A stretch of DNA of 64,000 nucleotides from the IMG/VR virus record IMGVR_UViG_3300042292_001068; one strand, written 5' to 3'. This document shows positions 29,922-39,468 of this stretch, piece after piece; the stretch's first letter is position 1, and each line of letters begins with the position of its first letter. The DNA comes from an uncultured virus (IMG/VR IMGVR_UViG_3300042292_001068) (Duplodnaviria > Heunggongvirae > Uroviricota > Caudoviricetes). A program made the position numbers and the translations under genes. The notes under the pieces are model-generated. The model saw only the letters and a program-made list of their open reading frames with translations, was not told where the DNA came from and did no database searches.

Positions 29922-32900
29922 GAAACGATTTACCTATAAGTCCAAAAAAGAAATTTAAGTATTCAATTACATTTGAATCTTGGGATGAAGAAAGTTTAGA
30001 AGCAGGTCAATCTGATGTAAGAGGTTACGAAGTAGAAGATGATACCGATTTGATAGGTGATATTTTGTATAAAGCAAATACGACCTATGGTATCTATATG
30101 CCTGTTTCATTTGGCACTTGGGAATCAACTGAACCTAATGAAGATAGAGATTTTTGGGAAAAAGGTATTCGTAAATACTACGCATTACATATTACTAACG
30201 AAGATGGAACTGAAATATCACAGGAAGAAAGTGATTTTATTTCATTTTTATTAAGTGATGGTCATTACGAGATTAATAAATTCCGTGATTATGCCGTTGG
30301 TGGAATTGTTCTCGGTTCTATTGCATTGGGTGTTGGTGCTTTAATTACATATTTTTATTTCAAAGGTAAAAAGGGTAAAAAATCATTAGAGAATAATAGA
30401 GCAAAATCCGTTACTCACATTATAAACGGAAAAGAAAGAACATTCCCTATTAAAGATGCTTGGAGAAAAGACCATAATACAGAAAACAAATCACAGAAGT
30501 TTGAAGTTCCACAGGCAGACAGATATGAAATGGGTGGCGATGCTTCACAACATTATCACGAAATAGAATATGGAGAAGGTGGTGTTGCGAGAGCAAAAGA
30601 AGTTATAATGAAAAAAATTGGCTATGATGAAAAAACGGCTGATTATTTTGTTTCTAAAAGCGAAAAATTTGCTATTTGGTTAGCAGATTCAATTTTGAAA
30701 GAAGAATTAAGAGAAAAAGGTTATACCAAAGAGAAATACTTAAATAGTAATGTTTCTTCTTGGGGAAATATTAATTGGCAGTATTCAGATTCTATTCGTC
30801 TAATTCTTGATTGGTTACAACATCCTGTTACTCCTAAACAAGATTTAAAGAAACTATCATTTGCACAAGCAAAAGAATTTGCGAAAGAATGGCATAACGA
30901 TTTGCAGGTATTGGGTGGTGATATTGATTTTACAGAACCCGAAAAAAATACTATACTTAAAAAATATCCTGTAAATGCAGATGGTATTGAATACTATTGG
31001 GTATTTATCCCATCTAACTATTGTGATTTAGAAAGTTCTCGTATGGGGCATTGTGGTCGTACAGGTTATGGAAATAATCTTATTTCACTTCGTTCAGTAA
31101 AACCTTACGGAAAAGGGCATACAATTAACGATAGCCACATTACTATTGCTTATGGTATGAATGATGGTATATTTTATCAAATAAAAGGAAAGAAAAATAA
31201 TAAACCTGCTGAAAAGTATTTTCCTTATATTTTTGATTTAGTAAAAAGTGCTATTAAAGATAATGATATAGAATATTCAAAAACTTCAAATAAGTTTGAC
31301 GAAAACAATAAATTAATGCGTTCTAAATCACTTTTAGAATTTAATGGTTTTGGTTCTGAATATGGAGATGAAGAAGATTATGGCTTTGACGATATGAAAA
31401 AGGAAGAACTTCGTGAATTGTATCAATTAAAGCCAACTATTTTTAACGATGCTGATAGTATTTTGGCAGTTTACGATGCAGGTGTTATTACGAATGAAGA
31501 ATTACAAACTCAATATGATGTTAATTCGCCTAATTCAATTTTTTCATCTTTCGGTAATCAAATGAAACTTTACGAAAGGGGAATTATTTTAAACCCACCT
31601 TCCACTATTTTTCAATTAGATATTTCTTGCGATAGAATTAGCAGGTATCTTGATTTAGGTCGGGATATTAATGATGATTTAGTTGAAGATGTTTTATGTG
31701 GTGTTATTGATGATTATTACGATAATTGGAGTTATTATTACGATAATTGGAGTGATTTATTAGGTAATCTTAATAATGAAAATGAAGAAAAAATTATTGA
31801 AGAAATCGTTAGAATAACAGGTTTATCTAAAACAGAAGTTAAAGAAAATGGAATTAATTATTATCTGAATGGTGATGATGAAAATTTTTCACAAGAAGAA
31901 TTTACTCAAATATTCCGTGTTTTGGCAAATGCACAAAATAATGCAGACACTTCTGATTACCACAATTATTTGTATAGCAATATTAAGAGTGCATTAGAAG
32001 AATTAGGTGAAGTTGAATCATTAAATGATGAAGGTGCTAAAATTACTATTGATTTATCTAATTTATTGTCAGAAGAAGATATTTCGGGGCAAATGGATTA
32101 TTATGAATTTACGGATATTGCTGATTTATTTGAAGAAGAAATATCAATGGGGCATATTGATTTGCCTAAATTGATAATTGACGACAGATATACTCCATAC
32201 GGAAGTTCAAAAGATTTTAATGATTATATATCTGATAGTGATATAGAAAGTTTTGCGAAAGGTGGTTCTTTAAGACCAAAAAGTACAACAAGCAAAAAAA
32301 CAAAAATTAAAAATATGAAACCAAGCCAAAGAAAACTTGCACAAGGTGGCAGTATTGGAACAACAGGTATTTCAAAAGAAGATTATTTCCTTGTAGTTAA
32401 GAATTGGGTTTATTTCACATTTAATTATCCTATGGGATTTGTTAAAGATGCTTTCGATTCAAAACATTTAGAAGAAAAATTCAGTTCATCATACGAAAGA
32501 TATGGTTCAATAGGTGTGTTAATGAGTTTTTGGGCAAATTTAGATGGTAATAACAGAAGAATTTTGGCATTGTGGATTAAGAATAATTATTTTAATTCTG
32601 CTTCGGAAAAAACAAAACTACAATCTATTTCAGATGATAATTATGCTCAAATAATTACGCATTGGAATATGTTTTGTTTTAATTTCCCTTATGAATTTAT
32701 TCAGAATGTATTCGGAGATAATACAAGTCATTTTGAAATGAAATGGGTTCGTGCATACGAAAGTGCAGGTTCGACAGGTGCAGTAAATAAATTTTTTACT
32801 GAAATGAGTAGCAATAATCAAATGTTGCTTACTGATTGGGTTTATGACAATTATAAAGGAATGAATTTCGCAGATGGTGGCTTGATTGATGAATCATATT

Positions 32901-35900
32901 TTAAAAAGTATTCAAATAAATATGATTTTTATACTGATGACCAAGATAATGTTATTAGAATTACTTCTAATGATAAAGAGTTATTAGATAAAATTCAAAA
33001 GGATTATTGGAATAGAATAGCACATAGAGAATATGATGAATATATTGAGGTTTTCAAGAGTTTAGTGGAGAAAAAAGGTAAAATTGAATTATCTGATGGT
33101 GCAGAAGGTAGAAAAATCGCTAAACGAATTATAGTTGAAAAAGACGATGCAGGTGATGTGGTTACTTATGACCTTGAAGTAGGATTATTTTCAGATAGAA
33201 AAAAAGGTTATTTCATTGTTGAAGGAACTTGGGATGAAGTTATGGAAGCAGGAACAGAAGATGAATATACGGAAGAAAGATATTTCTATCAAGAAGGTGG
33301 TTTATGGATTCAAGGTGGCAAAGTATATGACTACGATGGAGTTTATGCGTTAGAGCCAAAATTGAAGCCATTAATGTCTGCATTAAATCTTAATAGTTCA
33401 GAAGTTTTCGCTGATGGTGGTGATGTTGGTTCAAAAATTCCATATATTATTTGGGTTTCAAAAGATGGAAGAAAGAGAGAATATTATGGCGAATATAAAT
33501 CTATGAAATCTGCTGAAATGATGGCAAAAAAATTAATTCAAAGTGGAGATTACGAATCAGTTGGTACAAAATCTAAATCAAATTACGAAAAAACGAATAG
33601 TTTATTCGATAATGGTGGTGAAGCACAAAATAAAATTGTTACAAATAAAAATAAAAATACTATGAAATACGCAAATGGTGGAAACGCAGGTGATTGGAGT
33701 GTTACTGATGTTTCAAATGCTAATTATTTAGGAGTTATTGAATTTGAAGATAACGAAGGTGAATTTCATAATTTTGAAGTTATGGAAACTGATGATAGAT
33801 TAGTTTTTGGTGGAATGACCAATAGCGGATTCATTGAAAGTGGATATATTGAAAAAGATGGTTTCAGTACAGATGAAACTTTACAATCATTACTTGAAGA
33901 TTTAGAAGTTTATTATAACGATGGTGGTGAATATACTTCACAAATTGTATTTAATGAAAGAATGGCAAAAGGTGGTGAACTAAAATATAAATTTCCAAAT
34001 GGTAGTGTAGTTTGGGATAAAACAAACAAAACTTATGGTGTTGTTTTAAATAATTTTGGTAATGAATCAGAAGGTGGGCGTGGTGATTTAAGATTAGATT
34101 CAGATGGTATTCAGTCAATTTTTCATTACGATAAAAAATTCAATCAAACACAAGAATATAATTTAGTTCCTTTTGGAAGTAAAGAAGATAAAGGTAATGG
34201 TGATTTAAAAGGATTAAAAGAAAGTGCTAAAAGCATTATTGAATTAGCAAAACCTACAAAAAACAAAGAGCATATTGCTTTCTATACGGATATTTATAGT
34301 GATTTACTTTCGGGTAAATTTGATAAAAAATTCGCTGATGGTGGTGAAGCAATAAAAGATAATAAAGGTGAAGAATTATCGCTTGGTGATTTAGTAAAAT
34401 ATCAAGGTAGAACATATTTTATTGGATTCGATGGTTTACCTTATATTATCGAAGTAGAAACTCCTGTTAAATTTGAAAGTAGAACTAATTATTACAAACC
34501 AAGTATTAAAGAACCAATAAAAAAAATATATTTCAAAGATGTTCCCCAAATTCAAGGTAAAATTGAATTGATAGCAAAATATAATGATGTAAGAATTTAT
34601 GCAGGTGGTGGAGTAAATCTATTGTCTGATAAATTCACAGAAGTAGGTTACAATACTTATGCTCGTAATTTTGGAGTTGCCCTAATAGATGGTTTTAATG
34701 ATGAAAAAGATATTAATATTTTAGTTTCTGCAATTATTGAGGATATGTATGATGCGACAGGTGATGAACAATTTGAGGATAAACCTTTTGTGTTAATTCT
34801 TGAAACTCACGCATATCCCGAATTTTGGTCTGATGAATATGCAGAAAACATTAAAGATATGGTAGATGATTATTCAATAAATCCAAGAAATATTAATTAC
34901 TTATCTGATGCTCATACTTACGGATTAGGAGTTCCTTTATCAACTTTGGCAGATGATGTGCGATTTAAAACAGAAGAAGAAGCAATTAAATTTTTAAATA
35001 GCAAAAAATTAAATGAGCAAATAAGTGGTTTAGGTTTTTTAAGTGGTTTTCATTTTGACAAACAAATAAATAGAATAGGTGATACAGGTTGGAAGTATTT
35101 GTCCGAACAAGTAGGTGCAAATTATGAGGAATACGAAGAAGGTGGTTCTGCTGATTTAGAATATTCTGATATTTTAAATGTTTTAAAATCTAAAATTGAT
35201 GATTCTATTGAAGAAATACCTATGAAGTACGAAAATTCAAATGACTTCACAGGAGAAGAAGTAGAACACGAATCAAGAGATGGTTTTATTCCTTTTACTG
35301 ATGGTGGATATGAAGCCGTTTGGTTTGAGCAAATTGGGAATATGTATGGTACAGGTAATAACCTTCCTAATAAAGTTTTGGATGATGAAATGAATCGTCA
35401 AATAAATTATAATTTAGAAATGGCGAAAGAATCATTTATTGAAAAATATCCCGAATTAGTTGAAGAAATTGGTGTAGAAAATATTGATTATCATTCTTTG
35501 AACGAAGCAGGTTATAGTGATGAAGCCGAAGAACTTTCAGAAATGGAATCTGAAAATTTGTATGATGAAGGAAGTATAATGATGCAGATTACTGCTTATT
35601 ATTATTCACCCGAAAATGATAGAGGAATTGAAGATAAACATACAATCCGTTTATTCGGTGATGTAAATCTTGAAAGTCCTTACCATAGACAAGGTAATTT
35701 AGATGATTCTTACGACATTGATTTTACTTTCGATAGTATTGCTGAATTAGAAGAAAAAATGGATGCAGGTCTTAAAGAAATCATTTCTTGGTTTGATGGT
35801 GATATGTATAATGATTCAACTTCTGAAATGAAAGTTCGTAGAATGGCAAAAGGTGGTAAAGTAAAAACAATTAAAAAAAGAGTAAGTTCAATTAAAATAA

Positions 35901-38900
35901 GAGCCGAAAAATTACTTGAAGAATCAATTACTTATGTTTGGACAACTAACGATATGGGTAGTGGTTGGAAATTTATGTTAGAAAATCCTAATGGTGGTGT
36001 ATTAGATACTTCATTAGTGCTTGATATTTTTGATGGTGATGAATATGTAAGCGAATATGACGATGTAGAAGATTGGAATAGTTTATCAAAAGCAGACAAG
36101 AAATATTATTTCGACCAATATAAAGAAGAATTATTACAAGTTAATTACGATTATTTCAAAGATGAAATGGTGTTGAATTATTTAGATGAATTTATTGAAT
36201 ACCTGCAAAGAGATTCTGATGATAATTTCGCAGAAGGTGGTGAAACAAGAGATGAAGCCATAAATAAAAAATTGGGTATTCCGAATTGGGATGGTGCAGG
36301 TGTTGATGGTTGGTATAAAGATTTAACAGAGGTTTATGCAAACGAGAGTAAGAAATTTTTAAATAAATTAAAAAAGAAAAAAAATGTTGATTATGACGAT
36401 GTTGTAGAATTATCTAATTTGATAGGTCAAGATTTAACTGATGGTGGAAATGATTTTATTGATGAAGATAATTTAGAATGGTCTGATGATAGTGCTTTTC
36501 AAGTATGTTATGCCGTTGCAGAAAAATGGTTACAAGCATCAAAAATAAAATTTGAATACGCAGAAGGTGGTTCTACCGATGAAGATGACGATAGTGGTGA
36601 AATTCAAGAACAATTAGATGAATTAGTTCAAGATTTTAGTTCGGATGAATATAAAGCATTTTGTTACGAACACGACATTGATAGAGAAGATGCACAAGAA
36701 ATGAGTGATTTCATTTATTCACAAACAAATAATCGTTGCAAAGAAATTATTCAAGAAATTGAAGATGGATATTATACAGGTGGTCATTATGAAGAAGATG
36801 ATGATGAAGATGAATATGAAAGTGGTGGTCGTATAACTAAATATGTTGCAGTTTATATGGTTCAAGGCAATTATGGTCAAGGTTGGGAAGATTTAACGGC
36901 ACACGATACTTATAAAGAAGCAAAAGCAGAAAAAATTGATTACGATAAAAACGAAAGAAATTACCCACATAGAGTAATTACAAGACGAGTTTTAAGAAGT
37001 GATTACGAAAAAGGTAATTACGCAGAAGGTGGAGAAACAGGTGAATTAAAAAATGTTAGTGGAAACGCATTTTATATTACCGATACATCCGTTGAAAATG
37101 CCGATAAAGATTTTGATTCCTTATCTGATACTCATTTTAGTTCAAAAGAAGATTTTGAAAATAATTTTGATGCGATTAAAGAATTTTATTTTAATGTTAA
37201 TGTAGCAAATCAATGGAATATTATTCCTGCAATTTATGAGAAAATAGCAGAAGAAGGTGTAGGAAATGATGAAGGTAATCTTCAAATTTTAGGATTTGAA
37301 GTAAATAGTTACCCGAAAAATGATTTTGAAAGTGAATTGCCTTACGATATAGAAGATGAAGATGAAGATGAAAATTATGATGAAGATGAAGATGATGATG
37401 CAGAGGATTTAAAAAAATACAAAGGTAAAGTAAGACCAATCTACTTCGGTGATTTTGTTGATTACACAAAAGGAAAGTGGTGGAAAGTGTCTGAAAAAGA
37501 TGGTATTATGGGTATTGAAAGTTTTGGAATTAGTGATGATAATAATGTATTCATACCAATTTCTGAAATTGATTTTTCTTTATTAACTGATTCAAAAAAT
37601 AATAAAGTAGAAATTATTGACACGAAAGAAATAATTGAATCATTTTTAACATCAGAAAAAGAATTAAAGAAAGGCAGTTTAGAAGTATATAAAGTATATA
37701 AAACAGATATAGTTAAATTATCTGATAAAAATTTTAAAATTGCAGAAAGAGTAAAAAATTATGTTCAAGTAGAAAATGATTTTGAAACAAATGAACGCAT
37801 TTTTGATGTTGCTTCTATTGTTAAAAGAATAAGAACCATTTCATCTAAAAAAGGAATTATTGTAAGTAATACTATTGCTAATAATGATTCAGATTTAATG
37901 GGAATTGCAAAGTATATGGAAAATGCAATTAAAAACAATATAGATTCATATTCATTAATTAATAATTTTGAATCCCGAAATGGATTTCGCAAAAAACTAT
38001 ATCAATTAATTAATATAAGTGATAGACAAAAAAGAACGGATGCTTATAATGAAATGATTAAAGTAAATTCATACGATGAAATTTATAATCTTTTGTATAA
38101 AATCGTTGAAGCAAATTCCGATAAGCAAAGGTTGGTAAATCAAATAATTGGAGTACAAAAGAGTTTAAAAGATTTACAAGAATCAAAATGGGATAACAAA
38201 GAAAGAATAATAAATAGTACAAATTTATTAAAGGAATATCTGAAAAAATTTGGCGTAAAATATACTCAATCACCTAAAACATCAGATTTTGACAAATTGA
38301 ATATTTGGGAGAGAATTGAATTAAGCAGGTTAATATCAAGATTAGGTTTTGGTTATATGCCATTCGCAGAAGGTGGTAATTTAGGGGAATTTAATGAAGC
38401 CATTGTAACTGACTTGTATGATAAAATTAATGGAAAAAAAATAAGAACACAAAACCAAAAAAGTATTAAAGAAGCCATTGAATCAGCAAATGAAAACTCA
38501 AAATACTACAAGGGATATGCAGAAGTTTATATAGGTGCAATCTTTGTGGGATTTTCAAAAAACGGAAACTTTAAATATAGTGCAAGATACAAAGGAGATA
38601 AATTTGAAGAAGGTGGTGAAGCAGGTGGTAAATATAAATATGGTATTTTCACGGTTTCAGAAGAATTAGAAGAATTAGGAAATACTTTCTATTCAGATAA
38701 TCCCGATTTAGAATTTGACCCTTTTGGTGATGATGTTCCTTTTTCAGTAGGTAGTAATCAAATAGTAAGACGAATTGATGAATACGCAGAAGGTGGCGAG
38801 GTAGAAGATTGGATGGAAGAAGCATTAGCATCTTTAATTGAAGAAACAGGTTATGACGATTTAGAAATTACTATCGTTTCAAATGATGGAAATGAATTTT

Positions 38901-39460
38901 ACGCTACTGATGAAAACGCAGAATATCGTGTTTTCAAAACAGAAGATAATGCAGAAGAAACGGCAATTCAACAAGTTCGTGAAGATTTAGAAGAAAATCC
39001 CGATTACTTTAATCAAGATTGGTTAATGAATTATATTGATGGTGATTTCTTTGAAGTAACATTAAATGATATGAACGATAGTTATGTTCAAGATATTGAA
39101 TCCGAAAGTGATTCAAAATATGCTAATCGTTTAATTGCTGAATTGGTAGAAAACGGACTTATGGATGAAGAAGATGCTGAATCGGATAATGCAGAAGAAT
39201 TGGCTATTGACCTTAAATACGATTATGTTGATTTATTAACACGAGAAAAATTAGAGGAAGGTAACGATGGTTTAGATTATTTCATTAACAATTTTGGTGA
39301 GCAAGAAACATTCAAAATGGTTTTAGATAATAAATTAATTGACATTGAAGAAGCAAGTCAAGATGCCGTTCAAACAGATGGAATTGCACATTTCCTTTCT
39401 TCATACGATGGAGAAACACTATATTTGTCTGATGATTGTGTAGCATACAGAATAAATTAA
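29918..39460 (+). CDS. Giant acidic polyvalent protein 3 (3180 aa) with TM segment, PcfJ-like domain and >20 small units
   Basis: ESSRMGHC..ISLRS..HITI..QIKGKKNNKP (PcfJ-like); about 23 xxxGG junctions. Confidence 0.85.
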   Translation: MRNDLPISPKKKFKYSITFESWDEESLEAGQSDVRGYEVEDDTDLIGDILYKANTTYGIYMPVSFGTWESTEPNEDRDFWEKGIRKYYALHITNEDGTEISQEESDFISFLLSDGHYEINKFRDYAVGGIVLGSIALGVGALITYFYFKGKKGKKSLENNRAKSVTHIINGKERTFPIKDAWRKDHNTENKSQKFEVPQADRYEMGGDASQHYHEIEYGEGGVARAKEVIMKKIGYDEKTADYFVSKSEKFAIWLADSILKEELREKGYTKEKYLNSNVSSWGNINWQYSDSIRLILDWLQHPVTPKQDLKKLSFAQAKEFAKEWHNDLQVLGGDIDFTEPEKNTILKKYPVNADGIEYYWVFIPSNYCDLESSRMGHCGRTGYGNNLISLRSVKPYGKGHTINDSHITIAYGMNDGIFYQIKGKKNNKPAEKYFPYIFDLVKSAIKDNDIEYSKTSNKFDENNKLMRSKSLLEFNGFGSEYGDEEDYGFDDMKKEELRELYQLKPTIFNDADSILAVYDAGVITNEELQTQYDVNSPNSIFSSFGNQMKLYERGIILNPPSTIFQLDISCDRISRYLDLGRDINDDLVEDVLCGVIDDYYDNWSYYYDNWSDLLGNLNNENEEKIIEEIVRITGLSKTEVKENGINYYLNGDDENFSQEEFTQIFRVLANAQNNADTSDYHNYLYSNIKSALEELGEVESLNDEGAKITIDLSNLLSEEDISGQMDYYEFTDIADLFEEEISMGHIDLPKLIIDDRYTPYGSSKDFNDYISDSDIESFAKGGSLRPKSTTSKKTKIKNMKPSQRKLAQGGSIGTTGISKEDYFLVVKNWVYFTFNYPMGFVKDAFDSKHLEEKFSSSYERYGSIGVLMSFWANLDGNNRRILALWIKNNYFNSASEKTKLQSISDDNYAQIITHWNMFCFNFPYEFIQNVFGDNTSHFEMKWVRAYESAGSTGAVNKFFTEMSSNNQMLLTDWVYDNYKGMNFADGGLIDESYFKKYSNKYDFYTDDQDNVIRITSNDKELLDKIQKDYWNRIAHREYDEYIEVFKSLVEKKGKIELSDGAEGRKIAKRIIVEKDDAGDVVTYDLEVGLFSDRKKGYFIVEGTWDEVMEAGTEDEYTEERYFYQEGGLWIQGGKVYDYDGVYALEPKLKPLMSALNLNSSEVFADGGDVGSKIPYIIWVSKDGRKREYYGEYKSMKSAEMMAKKLIQSGDYESVGTKSKSNYEKTNSLFDNGGEAQNKIVTNKNKNTMKYANGGNAGDWSVTDVSNANYLGVIEFEDNEGEFHNFEVMETDDRLVFGGMTNSGFIESGYIEKDGFSTDETLQSLLEDLEVYYNDGGEYTSQIVFNERMAKGGELKYKFPNGSVVWDKTNKTYGVVLNNFGNESEGGRGDLRLDSDGIQSIFHYDKKFNQTQEYNLVPFGSKEDKGNGDLKGLKESAKSIIELAKPTKNKEHIAFYTDIYSDLLSGKFDKKFADGGEAIKDNKGEELSLGDLVKYQGRTYFIGFDGLPYIIEVETPVKFESRTNYYKPSIKEPIKKIYFKDVPQIQGKIELIAKYNDVRIYAGGGVNLLSDKFTEVGYNTYARNFGVALIDGFNDEKDINILVSAIIEDMYDATGDEQFEDKPFVLILETHAYPEFWSDEYAENIKDMVDDYSINPRNINYLSDAHTYGLGVPLSTLADDVRFKTEEEAIKFLNSKKLNEQISGLGFLSGFHFDKQINRIGDTGWKYLSEQVGANYEEYEEGGSADLEYSDILNVLKSKIDDSIEEIPMKYENSNDFTGEEVEHESRDGFIPFTDGGYEAVWFEQIGNMYGTGNNLPNKVLDDEMNRQINYNLEMAKESFIEKYPELVEEIGVENIDYHSLNEAGYSDEAEELSEMESENLYDEGSIMMQITAYYYSPENDRGIEDKHTIRLFGDVNLESPYHRQGNLDDSYDIDFTFDSIAELEEKMDAGLKEIISWFDGDMYNDSTSEMKVRRMAKGGKVKTIKKRVSSIKIRAEKLLEESITYVWTTNDMGSGWKFMLENPNGGVLDTSLVLDIFDGDEYVSEYDDVEDWNSLSKADKKYYFDQYKEELLQVNYDYFKDEMVLNYLDEFIEYLQRDSDDNFAEGGETRDEAINKKLGIPNWDGAGVDGWYKDLTEVYANESKKFLNKLKKKKNVDYDDVVELSNLIGQDLTDGGNDFIDEDNLEWSDDSAFQVCYAVAEKWLQASKIKFEYAEGGSTDEDDDSGEIQEQLDELVQDFSSDEYKAFCYEHDIDREDAQEMSDFIYSQTNNRCKEIIQEIEDGYYTGGHYEEDDDEDEYESGGRITKYVAVYMVQGNYGQGWEDLTAHDTYKEAKAEKIDYDKNERNYPHRVITRRVLRSDYEKGNYAEGGETGELKNVSGNAFYITDTSVENADKDFDSLSDTHFSSKEDFENNFDAIKEFYFNVNVANQWNIIPAIYEKIAEEGVGNDEGNLQILGFEVNSYPKNDFESELPYDIEDEDEDENYDEDEDDDAEDLKKYKGKVRPIYFGDFVDYTKGKWWKVSEKDGIMGIESFGISDDNNVFIPISEIDFSLLTDSKNNKVEIIDTKEIIESFLTSEKELKKGSLEVYKVYKTDIVKLSDKNFKIAERVKNYVQVENDFETNERIFDVASIVKRIRTISSKKGIIVSNTIANNDSDLMGIAKYMENAIKNNIDSYSLINNFESRNGFRKKLYQLINISDRQKRTDAYNEMIKVNSYDEIYNLLYKIVEANSDKQRLVNQIIGVQKSLKDLQESKWDNKERIINSTNLLKEYLKKFGVKYTQSPKTSDFDKLNIWERIELSRLISRLGFGYMPFAEGGNLGEFNEAIVTDLYDKINGKKIRTQNQKSIKEAIESANENSKYYKGYAEVYIGAIFVGFSKNGNFKYSARYKGDKFEEGGEAGGKYKYGIFTVSEELEELGNTFYSDNPDLEFDPFGDDVPFSVGSNQIVRRIDEYAEGGEVEDWMEEALASLIEETGYDDLEITIVSNDGNEFYATDENAEYRVFKTEDNAEETAIQQVREDLEENPDYFNQDWLMNYIDGDFFEVTLNDMNDSYVQDIESESDSKYANRLIAELVENGLMDEEDAESDNAEELAIDLKYDYVDLLTREKLEEGNDGLDYFINNFGEQETFKMVLDNKLIDIEEASQDAVQTDGIAHFLSSYDGETLYLSDDCVAYRIN

Positions 39461-39468
39461 AATTAATT

